Assembly: GCA_020137815.1 (NCBI GenBank)
Contig: CM035362.1
Location: 2,108,001 to 2,172,000, forward strand
Direction of reading: 5' to 3'
Length of the DNA: 64,000 nucleotides
Source: Hormiphora californensis
Lineage: Eukaryota > Animalia > Ctenophora
Shown: positions 49,178 to 63,463 of the stretch, piece by piece
How the letters are laid out: the number at the start of each line of letters is the position of its first letter
Position numbering within the stretch: the stretch's first letter is position 1
Notes under the pieces: model-generated
The model's database searches: none
Told to the model about the DNA's origin: nothing
The model's input: only the letters and a program-made list of their open reading frames with translations
Program-made: the position numbers and the translations under genes

Positions 49178-50031
49178 TCACTTTCTTGAGTCATTTGTTA
49201 CAATGTCATGACATTGTAACAAATGACTCAAGTGACATGTCACTCGCAGAAGTCGCTGCACTAAATCTCGCAGTGGGTCGCTGCGAGGGACAGTGGAACC
49301 TTTATATAAGTGCTTTCAATATCTTGGTTTCTATCTCAGAAGTTTTTGCTAATATTTTCCAAATTTTGGGTGCACGGCCTCAATCTTGTATTAAATGAGA
49401 CCTCCCGGTATACCTGTCCCAGGGGATGATTTCTCTCCCACCCTGTAGTGGAGAGAGGCTGTGTCTGACGACAGGAAAACCAACTTAGAGGCGCTATCTC
49501 CAGCCCATTTCTCACAAGGGGAAAACACAAAATTCAGCACCAAAACTCCGTTGCATTTTACGATGAGAGACCATGTAGTTTTTATAATGGTCCAGGTCTT
49601 GTCGATTTCCGTTGAAGGGACTGTGGTGAACTCACTGCCACCACACCAACTCAAATAGTTGGTGATTGCCGTGTCATCAAATTGGATATAAAAGTAACCC
49701 AGAAAGTAACCGCCGTTACCATTAACAGATATTTGTACGGCGGTATCACTACCGAGGGTCGAGTTGGTTTTGATATCCAGGGGCGTTCGTTGGAGATCCC
49801 AGTCGAACTCAACTTCACGAATTATGGAGGTCCAATCTAATATTGCGGGGAAAAAGGGTATTGTTTAAATAAGTCAAGAGAGTTTGAACAAGACAGAAAG
49901 GGAAATTGTATGGAAATCTATATAAGATTTGGCAATTGCGAGTTTGCTATATTGAACCCACCTGTTTGAGACAGAATGACAGCAATCGATGCGACAAAAA
50001 CGATCGCCAGTAATACGCTTTTATTGGTCAT
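49178..50031 (-). CDS. Small secreted protein with one ~140-aa beta-rich domain (lineage-specific family)
   Basis: Exon 1 (50031-49962) encodes signal peptide MTNKSVLLAIVFVASIAVILSQT, phase 1. Exon 2 (49836-49414, 423 nt, phase 1-1) is open throughout: DWTSIIREVEFDWDLQRTPLDIKTNSTLGSD...IDKTWTIIKTTWSLIVKCNGVLVLNFVFSPCEKW...SSDTASLHYR. A third exon from 49299 and the 3' end are less certain. Confidence 0.72.
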
Positions 50032-50696
50032 GTCCTAAATCAAAATGCATACAGGTGAATTTTAAAGATTTAACAAAAGGTATCATAATGGTGCGAAGTT
50101 TGTTTTGTGGCGTATTCACCTTTTGTTCAATACATACTACTGCAAGCTTGTACAACAGAATTGTTTACCAAAGAACAAAGGCAAGATAAGCTGGGTGAAC
50201 TATTCTGAACTAAGAAAAAGGCATCTAGTCTCCTGAAGATGAATATCAATGAAGGATCTGTATCTGTGTAAGTGAGGTGAGAGCAATAAAAAGGGAAGAC
50301 TGGGTGTTATTAGTTCACTGAAGGTGAATACAAATGAACGATCTTGAGCTCTGTTATACTAGTAAGCGAGGGGAGAGCAAGAAAAAGGGAAGACTAGGTA
50401 TTATTAGTTCATTGAGAGGGAGCTGTATTGTCGAGTAAGGGATAGCAATCTTAAGAGGGAGAGCAATCCTACGGTGCACTTGTTATAGTGGAGAAACCGT
50501 ATTTGAAAAACGTTACGCAGACGCACCATAGTTTCTCAAATACCGTTTTCCCACTACAAGCAGCCTTTTTAGCACTGAGAACTACACATAGTTTCAGAAA
50601 TGAAATAGGAAAACTGAAAAAATAACTAAAAGAACTAAGAATTCGTTGCGGAAAGTTCATACATTAATTTCCCTATAATAAGTTGATAAGGAAAAT

Positions 50697-52160
50697 CACA
50701 CCACCAACCCTCCACCCACACCGCCGCCCTTCCCAAAACCACCCACCCTCCACCCACACCGCCCACCCTCCACCCACACCGCCCACCCTCCACCCACACC
50801 GCCCACCCTTCACCCACACCGCCCACCCTTCCCAACACCGGCCTTCCTTCCCCACACCGCCCACCCTTCCCAAAACCACCCGCCCTTCCCACACCACACA
50901 CCCTCCACCCACACCACCCACCCTCCACCCACCGTTCCCACACCACACACCCTCCACCCGCCCTTCCCACACCAGACACCCTTCCCAACACCGGCCTTCC
51001 TTCCCCACACCGCCCACCCTTCCCAAAACCACCCGCCCTTCCCACACCACACACCCTCCACCCACACCACCCACCCTCCACCCACCCTTCCCACACCACA
51101 CACCCTCCACCCGCCCTTCCCACACCAGACACCCTCCACCCACACCACCCACCCTCCACCCACACCACCTACCCTTCCCAACACCGGCCTTCCTTCCCCA
51201 CACCGCCCACCCTTCCCAAAACCACCCGCCCTTCCCACACCACACACCCTCCACCCACACCACCCACCCTCCACCCACACCACCAGCTTTCCCCACACCA
51301 CCCACTCTTCCCCACATCGTCCGCCCTTCGTTCCCTGCACCGCCCGCCCTCCCCAACACCGCTGTCCTTCCCCAAACCACCCACCCTTCCCCACACCACC
51401 ATCCCTCACACACAACGCCCACCCTTCCCAACACCATCCACCCGCCCTTCCCCACATCGCCCTTCCTTCTCCACACCACCCGCCCGAAGGTGAATACAAA
51501 TGAAGGATCTGTAGCTCTGTTATACTAGTAAGCGAAGGGAGAGCTACATAAATTAAAGGGAAGACTGGGTATTATTAGCTCAGTGCGCTGCATTGTTGTG
51601 TAAAGGATAGCAATCTTAGAGGGTTTAAGGGAGAGCACTCTACCCGAATAGACCGCCTACCCTCCACCCACACAGCCCGCTTTTCCCCACACCGCCCACC
51701 CTTCCCCACACCGCCCACCCTTCACCACCCCGCCTGCACCCTTCTCCACACAGCCTGCCCTTCGCCACACCACCCGCCCTCTACCCACACCACCCGCCCT
51801 CCACCCACCCTTCCCCACACCGCCCGCCCTTCCCCACACCACCCGCCCTCCACCCACACCACCCGCCCTTCCCCACACAGCCTGCCCTTCCCAAATTGCC
51901 ATCCCTTCTCCACACAGCCTGCCCTTCTCCACACCGCCCGGCGCCCGCCCTTCCCCACACCACCCGCCCTCCACCCACACCACCCGCCCTTCCCCACACA
52001 GCCTGCCCTCACCAACACCGCCCATCCTTCCCCACACCACCCGCCCTTCCCCACACCACCCGCCCTCCACCCACACCACCTGCCCTTCCCCACACAGCCT
52101 GCCCTTCCCCACACCGCCCACCCTTCCCCACATCGTCCGCCCTTCTCCACACAGCCCGCC
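50697..52160 (+). repeat. Two C/A-rich minisatellite blocks (CCACACCACCCRCCCT) separated by a duplicated ~150-bp spacer
   Basis: Blocks at 50697-51485 and 51655-52160; spacer 51486-51640 resembles 50320-50465. Explains the spurious G/W/V- and P/T/H-rich ORFs. Confidence 0.9.
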
Positions 52161-53800
52161 GCTTATTTGCCTAGCAATACTAGGAATTTGCCAATAAGCG
52201 GCTAGTACACGCGCTACTTAACGCGTTTAACGTTTAATTGTGGCCCTTATACAATTCAAACTGAAGGAAGAGGGAGAGAGCCTGGAGACTCTCTAGTGGA
52301 GAAAGTCCAAAAGTTCCCATGTTATAATAGGGGGGGGGGGGGGGCACACTCGATACATTATTGTATGCGATATCTACTAGTACAAACCCGGAAATTATAG
52401 GTTTTTGGTTCTGGATAGCAATTATTTATCAAAAGATTGAGAGGGAAAGAGAGTGAGAAAGAAGTATAGAGAAAGAGATAGAGAGATAGAAAACATGACG
52501 ATACGGAAAGTTGAGATATCGTGTTTGATTGTCTCCGCGGTTTGCTTGGGGACAACGAGTGTGCGTATGAGTGTGTTTCTTTTATGAAAGAGCTTCATAG
52601 CACGCTATGCTTGTTACGACCTTCCTAACACACCTCTCTTTTTCTCTATCTCTTTTTCTATCTCTCTCTATCTCTTTCCCTATCTCTTTTTCTATCTCTT
52701 TCTCTATCTCTTTTTCTATCTCACTCACTCTCTCTCTCTCACTCTCTCTCTCTCCTCTCTCACTGCTGTGTACTTTGCTTAATAACATGCTTTCTCTTTC
52801 GTTTTGTTTACAGTTTACACCACATTGATCACATTTATGATTGCATGATATGTGGAAGTGTGGGAATATTGTGCCTTTTGGATCATCATCACCACTGTGC
52901 CTTTAATTCCATCCATGTTGTAAATGAGGTCTTGTACAGTTGTTTCTACTTTTTTATACTTCCGTGCGAAGGCTAGGCACTTGGTATGCCATGGTACCTA
53001 GTGTGTAGTAGATTCTTGATAGTTGATATTATAGTGAATTATTCTGCCAATCAAGGTCAATACTGTAGTTGACAAAAGGATGCCGTAATACAATGATACA
53101 GTGTGGGTGTTGTTCTTTTATTATATCCAGCAACTATAAAATCGATCTACCCAACCCTCACAGAGCGATGTGAGCCACACAACTACTACAACTATTGGGA
53201 TTTCGTCTTGTGCCCTGTTTTCTAGTGCATAATATTAGGCAGCTAGGTGCCGGATCATTGATATTGTATTGAATTTTCATACTTTGTAGTGAATTCAATT
53301 CAATTTTAGCCACTCCATATCACACAACCCGAAAGGTTTCTGATCTTTGTTCAAAGGCCACCCTTTACAAAAACTCACCATGGTTGCCATGGTTACCATT
53401 CACCCCCTCCACTACATAACATATGGCTTTACAAATTAGATCCCTATAGTAATTCGGTGCTGGGGTGAGTGGAGAGACATCTTCTACATATTAGTAACTT
53501 GGCAAGGGTTCAAAATAAGAGAAATCATTTCGTTTCCTAATTACAGAACTCTATCCCTATTTTATGTTGGTCCATTCGGCACCTTTAGGTCTTTTACTGT
53601 AGCCTGGGATTTAGTTGAAGCGTTTGACCCTCTCTACACTATGAGAGACACAGAGTTTTAGTGCTGAGATTGTAATGTTGCTATGACAACTAACTGATGT
53701 GTATTATCCGACTGTACATTGTACAACTGACAATTATGCTTTTAGTCTGGTAAAACTAGTATGTGTTTGTGATGTGAGTTGTTTACTATCTCAAGGTGGC

Positions 53801-54055
53801 CTCTTGTTACGATTCTCTCCCTCTCTCCCTCTCCCCTCCATCTTGTTACGATTCTCTCCCTCCCTCCCTCTCCCCATCTTGTTACATGACTCTCTCCCTC
53901 TCTCCTTCCCATCTTGTTACATGACTCTCTCCCTCTCTCCTTCCCATCTTGTTACATGACTCTCTCCCTCTCTCCTTCCCATCTTGTTACATGACTCTCT
54001 CCCTCTCCCTCTCCCCATCTTGTTACATGACTCTCTCCCTCTCTTCTTCCCATCT
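53801..54055 (+). repeat. ~34-bp minisatellite CATCTTGTTACATGACTCTCTCCCTCTCTCCTTCC
   Basis: About 7 tandem copies. Confidence 0.9.
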
Positions 54056-54625
54056 TCTCCATTTCTGTGTGACGTGGTTATTCTTGTTGCCCTTTTGCTC
54101 GTGAAGCGAATTATACTTGAAAACACACAGCTTTATACATCTAAACAAGCTCATGTGCATTTGACGTATATACTACGAGTTATGATTTGTTCAATGAACA
54201 CGGAAGCTTTTAAAGACATTAAACATATCTTGAGTAGTATAGATCTCAGAATTATTTTATATATGTGAGCCTCTCTCTAGACTCACATTCTCATGTGATG
54301 TAGGGGGATATTATATGCTGGTCCTACAATAATGTAGGCCTACACACTCACTTGAGAGCTTGCTGAGAGTGTGTATCATATTCCCTTTCTACTGCACTTT
54401 ATATAATAGTGTACTAGTCAGTGTGTGACTATATGAACTAGCAAGCTATACTAGGTATTTTGTTCTTTCAAAGCTTGCTCTGCCGAACCCTCACAGTGTG
54501 AGCTACTTGTTGCCTTGGAAGTTGTTGTAACTTACTTCCACGGTCACTTTCACGGTCACTTTCACAGTTACAAACTAGGGTGTGGATGATGAAAAATTTC
54601 CAAATACATAGTAGATGATGGAAAG

Positions 54626-57600
54626 ATGAGGAGAACTTTTGGGTCCATGGTTTCTGGTTTAGAAACCGTTGTCACAGGTGTGGGTGACCTCTCCAGGGCA
54701 GTGTCCACGACAGTGATCAACCTGACTACGGAGGATGATGACCTATCTGAATTCCTACAGGACGGGGACAAGTTTCCAAAACAAAACATTATAAGGTAAA
54801 TCTTAAAGTGAGAGTGGACCGAATCAGAATTGGACAAGTTTGTTGTAGGTAGTAGAGAATAGCTTTCTGAGCATTTTGCGTTTTTCCCGCTCAAAATCGA
54901 CGCACCCATCACTGAGATATTTTTGTTATGTTGGGAGAATTCCTGCTGGATCAATATTTATCAAACAGGATAGAAACAATCCTTGTGTTTTACTAACACA
55001 TTCTTTAAATTTCTAATTTGATGGCTTGCATTGCCCTGCTTCTGTGCATGGACATGTCAATCTCACTGCTTGTATTCAGAATGTGTTAGTAAAACACCAC
55101 GATTGTTTCTATTCTGTTTTATACATACTGATTAAACAGGAGTTCTCCCAACATAACAAAAATATCTCAGTGATGGGTGGGTCGATTTTGAGGGGCAAAA
55201 ACGCAAAATGCTCAGAAAGCTAATCTCTACTACCTATAACAAACATGTCCGATTCTGATTCGGTCCACTCTCACTTTAAGATCAGACTTTTCTTGTAAAA
55301 TGATTCGAATGCCCTGATTTGTCCATCCATTGCCGTATGTTTCTAACGACCAATCAAGAATTCTATGTACGTCTTGTGTGTGTGTGTGCGTGTGCTGTGT
55401 CTCCAAGGATAGCACGTGCAAAGTCCACCCACCAGATCAGCACGGTCCATGAAGGAGCTGCCATTGTGGAGGGATGAGAAGAGTATTGATAGTGGAGTTG
55501 TGACAGAACAGAGTACTGAACAGGTGAATCAGCGCTGAAATTGTATCCTTTCCTACCTATACGCTAAGTGTGAAAGTCGTCGACTTTAATGATAAACCCC
55601 TGTATTCCATCTTAGGAAAAGAACCAGTTGTGTCGATACCACAGTGATTTGTCAATCAGTAGCGACCTTACCTCAACCTCCACCGAAGATTACGTGAGAG
55701 GATTAGATATTGCAGCGGATAACACGTCACCCACTTGTAAGTTTTGAGTTAGGTTTCCGAATCCTGACGTGTTGTCATGAAAACAAGACACCACTCTCAA
55801 TTATCAAATCAAACGCTAGTTTCACCCATCAACCTCAATTCAAAAAGCTTTGTTTGGCGTTGAGCTGTGACGTTCAATTTAGGGAAATGCTTGGCATACG
55901 CTACAGGCCCCTCTACGTCATAACAACAACAAAAACTTCCTGTTCAATTGTACATGAAAATTTTCCCAGTTGGAAGAAGAGTATCACGAGATGAGATAAC
56001 ACACGTGACAGATGACATCCTCACCCTCTCCTCCTCCTCGGAAAGTGATGAATTCTCCCTTGGAACTGTCGATATCACAGCTACTGATGTAGGTTCTACT
56101 ACAAATATGAGCTCTGGTTTGTTCTGTCCAGGTGTCCTTTGAGGCCCATAACCATTAATTTGATATATTTTTCCAATCTTTTGGACTAGAAGAGAATTAT
56201 TAGGAGTAATATTCATTTACTATGAACCTTAAAGTTAAGAATTTACTCCCATATTTAACTTTTCAGTATCCCCCAGGTGTTTCTAGCCAGACAGCGTCAC
56301 GCCAGTAACGACTCCGCCCAAACGACCCTTCAAAACTCAGGCCACCTTCGGCGTCGTTTCGACATTAGCCCCCGCACTGCTTCAACCCTCAGTCCTGCTA
56401 CCACTACCTGAAGAATCTACCTACTCAAAAAGAACAGACAGTAGTTTCTGTCAGTGTCAACACAGTGTTAGGCCGACCTGTTAAGGAGGAAGAGGATGAG
56501 GGTGAAGGGAGGTGAGGGACCATTGGATAGCATGGCTCAGTTCAGTCTACAACATGATCCAACTACCATTGAATCTTTTGAAAGCTGATTCATCGAGTGT
56601 TGGAGATGATTTTCGAACTCTCGGACCATTTAGAGGACGATTTGATCGAGCAGAAAGACCCTTTTAGAGACTCCTTCCTTGCAACAGCTCAATGTCCACG
56701 TCTACCAAAATCTAACATGCCAGAAGAAATGAGAGTGGAACAATCACCGACAAGTTATGTCATGCGTCGTAGCTCACCTCCTAGTGTTAATAGTAAGGGA
56801 GGTGCTAAAAAGCCCACTGTTGAGGTAACGGAGGTGAGTGAGATAAGTGTAAAATCTACAGAAATCCAGCGTCATTTCTCGGAAAGCTCCATGTCCATCT
56901 GAAGCCAGGTCCCGGGGCGACGGGTACTGAATCCAGTAGATAACCTTCCAGCGACTGGAATTCAATACAACAACTACATCATCGGGCCCTAGACCACAAA
57001 TCCGCCGACAGCCAAGTGACGATTTCACTACACCTCGCAGACAACCCAGCGACGATTTCACTACCCCTCGCCGACAACCCAGTGACGATTTCACTACACC
57101 TCGGCACCTTTATGACGACCAAAGCTGCACCCCTAGATCCTCCTCCGGGATCACTAACTGTGGAACGATGGAGGGTCTCCATTCTCTGGATCGAACCAAG
57201 AGTTATGGAACCTACACGCCAGCAAACTTCCCAACTGAAAGCTCTCCTTCGGGGGATCTAGCGGAAACTGGAGTTACAACAGTCAACTCACCCACTACAT
57301 CTTCATCATCTTCTTCCTCTTCATTCTACTCCTTCTCGAGTGAGGAACATCAGAAACAAAAACTGCATGGCCATGATCCGGCCCCTGCGACACCCAGTAA
57401 TGTGATTGTGAATGGGAAAACCAGCAAATCCTTCATGACCTCTATGAAGATGTCCTTCAAGAGACTGACCTCATTTCTATCCCTTATCTCGGAGTAAGGA
57501 GCCGGAGAAGAAGGAAGTTAAGATTCCCGTTCCACCACCAGCACACACTAAACCAGGATAAAACTCCGACCGTTGCTAGGCATACGTCATAACGTCAAAC

Positions 57601-58007
57601 CCGCAGCAACCACACCCTCCACCACCTTGAAGTTGAATCAGAAATCTGTGAGCTGCACAAATCTGGCACCGAAAACTCAAGATCCAGTTGTAAAAAGGAA
57701 GAAGCTTGCCCCTCCCTCTGCTCTAGTCAGCCATATTACCAGTCATTACACGGCACCTAAACGCCCCAGACCTGTCTCCCACTGTTTCCCTTCCAACCTC
57801 CAATCATCTAACCTCCTAACCTCATCTCCTCACCTCATGACCTCGACACCTCACTTGTCTTCGACGGCATCAAAATATAAATCCTCCCCCTCAAACCTGG
57901 TTCCATCTCCACCAACTGCCGGTAAACCGGGTTATCGGGAAACTAAGGCATCCCGATTAAGACTGAATAGAGTGAGGGCACCATCAATGACTTCGTTACA
58001 ACTTTGA
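54626..58007 (+). CDS. Multi-exon Ser/Pro/Thr-rich low-complexity protein gene; long last exon broken by several frameshifts (sequence errors or pseudogene)
   Basis: Phase-compatible exons at about 54626-54795, 55436-55523, 55616-55736, 55969-56088 and 56277 onward. ORF pieces 56597-56902, 57168-57497 and 57573-58007 have similar composition. In-frame 11-aa repeat RRQPSDDFTTP x3. No recognisable domain. Confidence 0.45.
54807..55275. mobile_element. Second copy of the 469-bp TTAA MITE
   Basis: Same termini, length and TTAA flanks as 42433-42901; begins 12 bp after a splice donor. Confidence 0.9.
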
Positions 58008-60963
58008 GGGCACGGCCCTTAATGACTTCAATACAGCTTTGATATTCTTAAATTTTTCACCACTTTTTGTAAAGCACATGATGATGTTATAAGGAAGAGT
58101 GTTTTGTTATGATTTTTTACGAACTTGAAATTTCTAAAACTTTATCTAAATCTCGATTCGGTTCAAAGTGAGTGTCTCCAGAAAGGTTTAGAGAATTCTG
58201 TCGACAGGGGGCTTATCGTCCCCAAAGGGCTAAATCTCGATTTGTGGTTTATCATTGGTCGAATTATCGAATATAAAAGAGAGACATCACTTACAATTTG
58301 AAGTAGAATCATATAACATTTCATTTTCAGCTGCCTACTTTGTGAAGTCATCAACCAAGTCTCCGATTCTACTTCTTTTCTAGCTTTGAGCAATAATTTT
58401 CACCAAGAAACATCTTAATTATAATAATTCTTGCATATAACCTGCTGCAAAGAACAACTGTTTATTGGTGACAATTAAACATTGCCACCGGACAGGATCT
58501 TGTGTAGAGAGATAGAATATAGAGAGCGTTAGAGGGCCAACCCCCAACACCCCAAAAGTTAAAATTAAAATTTAAAAATTTGATTTTAAACCCGCAACAC
58601 CAGCGGCCTTTAAAAATTTCTCTCCCCTTTTAAAAAGTAACAATCTCACGCAGTTTTTGACGTCGCTTGGAGGGACAAAATTTTGCCCTTGGTTTACTGC
58701 ATCTGACCCTAACATTATCGTCGATGTACCGTAATCACATTGCCATCGATATACCACCGTACTCACATTGCCATCGATATACCACGGTTCTCAGATTGGC
58801 ATCGATGTACCGTACTCAAAAAATTTATGGGTTTGGCAGTTCTGGTGGCTTCGTTTGACTGCTTTTGTAAGAAAAGAGAGAAAAATCGTTGTTTTTTTTT
58901 ATTTTTTTTTTTTTTTTTTTTTTAGAATAAAGTGAGAGGGAAAAAAGAGAGAAAAAAAGAGAAAAAAAAAATAAGAGAAGAGAGGAGAGGAGAAGGAGAG
59001 GGGAAAAGAAAGAAAAAAAGAGGAGATAAAAGAAGAGGGAGAGAAAAAAAGAGAGATATATAGACGTGTGAAAATTTTATGTTTTTAGCTCCCTAGAGCT
59101 CCCTTACCACAAAAAACCAACTAAATACAAATTGGACCTGAAAAATTTTTTTATAGCCCCCCGGGCCCCCTTTTATTTGAGTATTAATCCTATGATGGTT
59201 TTTAAAAAAATTTTATTTTTTAAGTGGAAATTTGTGAACTTCAGAAAGTTCACTCTAGACTAAGGACACTTAGAATTTTTTCCCATTGATAAAAAAATCA
59301 ACCCCCGTTTTTCTTTCTATCTCTCTCTTTCTCTCCTTTCTCGCTTGTCCACAGCAAGGGACGTGCAAAGTTTTTTTCCCCCCCCCCCTCTCTATCTTTT
59401 CCCCCCCTTCTCTCTCTCTCTTTCTCTCTTTTCTCTTCTCTTCTCTCTTCTCTCTCTCTCTCTCTCTTCTCTCTCTCCTCCCCTTTCTCTCCCCTTTTCT
59501 CTCTTCCTCCCCCCCTTTTTTTATTTTTTTCACATCGTCCTTCCCTCGTATTACCCCTCCTTTTTTTGTCCATTTTCATTTCCTCATCCTTTTAAAAATA
59601 GAGCCCTTTCACGGAACACCTGGTGTACGGGTGTGCCTGCTTTTTCCTTTCGTTCACAGTTTTGATGATGATCCTTTGTCGGGAACAGCTAGGATTCAAT
59701 GATGACTGATGCCATTATCATGCTAGGTTTATTTATTGGCGAAATTTAGTATTTACGGCGAAACCGTATGTTTAGTTTGCTGCAACGAACTTAGAGTCTG
59801 TAACAGTCCTTATGCTTAGTAAACACTATTCCGAAATTACACGCCTCAAAAACAGCCGATTGGTCAACTTATTGATTCAGCTTGGATTGAATTTATCCTA
59901 GTAGTCGTCTCGCTTGATAAACCCAGTTCTGCAGAATTCAAGCCTCGAGTATGAGTTCTTTATGAGAAATATACTGCCCTCTCAAACGTTGATACCACTG
60001 TGATTCGATGTGATCTTACACCGACTATAACCCTTAGATTTACTGAGTTATTTCATAACCTAGCGTAGTCTGTGTCTCGAAATCTCTGTCTGACGGCGCC
60101 GACCGAATCAAAATGGGTTCTTCACTTCTTCATTTTTTAAGAACAGGTGTGTTTTACGTTTCGTACCAATTTCCCTACAAGTTGTACCTACCATGTGTTT
60201 TCTCTAAAGAGATATCTGATACTCGGTGTTCTTGTTTTTTTCATGTGAGAAGGAGAGCGACCCCGAAGGGAAATAATCAGTTTTTTTTTCCTGTACCCTT
60301 TTAGTTTTTGTAAACCATTTTTATTTAAATTTAAATCCTAAATTGGGAAAAGTTCCCCACTGGGCAAAATGGAATTTCCAAAATTTTGAAAAATAGACCC
60401 AAAAATTTGGATTTTTTAGTGCCCACTTTAGTTTTCTTTTAAATTTTTGGCCCGGCCCCTTTTTTGGGGTAATTTTTAATTCCCCCTTTTCTTTTTTCCT
60501 TTCTTTTCCCCCCCCCCCCCCCTTTTTTTTTTTCCCCCCCCCCCCCTCTTCTCTTCTCTCTCTCCCCTTCTTTTTTCTCTTTCCTTTTTTTCTTTTCTCC
60601 TTCTCTTCCCACCTTTCTATTTCGTGGCTTGGGCGCCGATCTGGTTTTAGCCTTGCCCTATTTCTTTTCCTTCCCCCCCCATTTTTTTTGCGTTTTTATT
60701 CTTTTAAACCCCAAAATTAATTTTTGTAAATTTTTTGGGCCCTTTTGTTATGAATTTTTTTTTTTAAATCTTTTTAAAAAATTAAAAAAAGGTTAAAAAC
60801 AGAAATTTAAACCCCGGGGGGGCGGGGGGGCCCGGAAGAAAGGGAAGATTGGGGGTGGAAAGGAAAAAAGAACCCAAAAGGGGGGGGAAAAAGAGTTGGG
60901 AAAAAGGGAAAAAAAAGGGGAAAAAAAGGGGGCATGTTATTTGACAGAAAAAAAAGTAGGGGG

Positions 60964-61113
<150 letters not shown>

Positions 61114-61614
61114 CCTTTTTTTTTTTTTTTTTTTTGTTTTTTTTTTTTTTTTTTTTTTGTTATTTAAATTTTATTACCCTTTTAATTTCCCCTTTAAATA
61201 TTTGGCCCCGGGGAAAACCCAAAGTGGGAAAGTACAAGGTTCAACCAACCCCAATTTTCCCACGGCCGGGTTTTGGTTTAAAAAAAAACTTTAATAATTA
61301 TATTTTTTAAACCCCAGTATGCCCCAAGCTTACCAAGCAATTAAAAAGGAAAAGAGAGAAAAAATGAAAAAAAAGGGTGAAAAATTTGAAAAAATTCGGA
61401 AAAATAAGGGGTAGAAAAAAAAAATTAAGGGAAAAAAGAAATAATAAAAAAGGGAAAAAAGGGGGGACTTTATTTACTTTTTAGTAAGTATTAACCTGCA
61501 GTTAAAACAGTCAGATATATCACATTGTGGATCGTATATGAGTGGGAGTGTAAGAACAGGAAGTCAAGACATTCGGAGGGTGGATCAACCAGAAGATAGA
61601 TAGATAGCGAGGGA

Positions 61615-61686
<72 letters not shown>

Positions 61687-63463
61687 AGTGTTGGAGTGTT
61701 GTATACAGAACCATTATAGTACGCGTGGACCCATTAACCCACACCCCAGCAGCTCTTGCCGTTGAACCACACACGTTGGACATAACATACACACAGACCT
61801 AGCATAGTCCAAGGCTTTCATTTGAAATTGACTCTATATTCGGACTTTAGATCGACAAGAGTATAGGTTTAGTTGTATTGTCCATGTTGTATTGACCAGA
61901 TCTTGTAGTAACTTGTAGTAATTTGGCGAATGCACATTTTTACAGACGTGTCCAATGTTATTGTTACACAAAGCCTTATACATATTAGGTGTTGGCCGAA
62001 CAATAACATGAAAATTAATTTTGCCTTCACTTGGCTGATCCTAGTTTCTGTTATTTAACCTCTCTTGTATCCTATCAATTGTACCTTACCCTTGTATCAT
62101 ACCCTTGCACCAGCTACCTTGGCCCCGGAAGATACCAGCAAAGTGAGAGGTTCAAACACACACACCCTTGTATCCTACCGGCCTTGACCTTATACTGTTA
62201 TGCAACTTTAATTCTGTGACCATAATTAGTGAGTAGTTTAATGACACCCCTATGTGATGACACACCTTAAGTCTTAACCAATGACACATATATACTAAAG
62301 GGAACAGCAGAGAGAAGAGAAAGTAGAAATTAATAAGAGATAGAAGAGAAGTATAGAAAAAGAGAGTTGGAGCAGGAGAGAGAAGTAAGGGACTGAGAAG
62401 TATAGAAAAAGAGAGTTAGAAGAGGAGAGAGAAGAGACGTAGAACTAGAAAAAGAGAGTTGGAGCAGGGGTAGCGGGGCCGATACTTTTTTCTATCATCA
62501 TATTGGTGTGTCATCGCATATAATATTTGTGGACGGAGGCGGTTGGAAAGTATATTGAGTTGAGACTCACTGGAATATACTTAGTAAATATATTCAGGGA
62601 AATAATTTATCGGGAAAATAGAAAGAAGAAGAGAGGTAAAAATAAAAATATAAAGATAAAAGCTGGTAGGAAAATGATAGGCCGCCGAGAACGAATTGAC
62701 ACACTGCCTCACGACTAATGGTCATCATGTGTATGTGACACACAGCTCTCTCTCTCTCTCCACAATATGGTCATTACTGCACGTCTTAATGGCCGCGTGA
62801 GTTTCCATCGCGAACACAAATGTTTGCGCATCAATTACAAAATTGCATTCATTTTCACTTCTATGGAGAGCCGCCACTATTATAATCACCATATACCGTT
62901 CGCCAGTTAGTAATTGCAAAGTTCATCGTGTACTAGTGTCTGAGAAGATACAGTACTCCTCTGATCCTCTGTGACACCTGCATATAATAATGAATTACTG
63001 ACTAATGATTCGCAATTCGAATTAACATAAGGAGCTCTCTCTCTAGTGATCTCTTTCATTAAAGTGCCTTTATAATTCTCATTTCTCAATTTCACAGCCG
63101 ATCTTGTATTGTTCTTTTCTCTTACTAATTTAAGGGACTTTGTCTATTGTTGAAATTTTTCTGACATTGTACATGACAGTGACAAGAAAACATACGAGTG
63201 TTTGTTTTAAAACCTCCTCTTCTTGTTGAGCTTGATACCCCCTTTTGGCAAGTCTGTGAATTACTGAATTGTAACAATTCTCCAATTACCTCAGACTCGA
63301 TGACATTGACATCGTTGAAAAGAAAGATAACGTTGTGAGAGACTTTGTGTGAAGGGATAGTTAATGCGCCTTCCGAGATTGTTATTACATATATGGAGAG
63401 TTATATAGAAGATTGTCAGCGAAGGAAGGAAAGGAAAGTCTATAATTATAACAATACATCTAT

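Noticed and set aside
50635-52174. Long G/W/V- and P/T/H-rich ORFs
   Set aside because: Stop-free by composition of the minisatellite.
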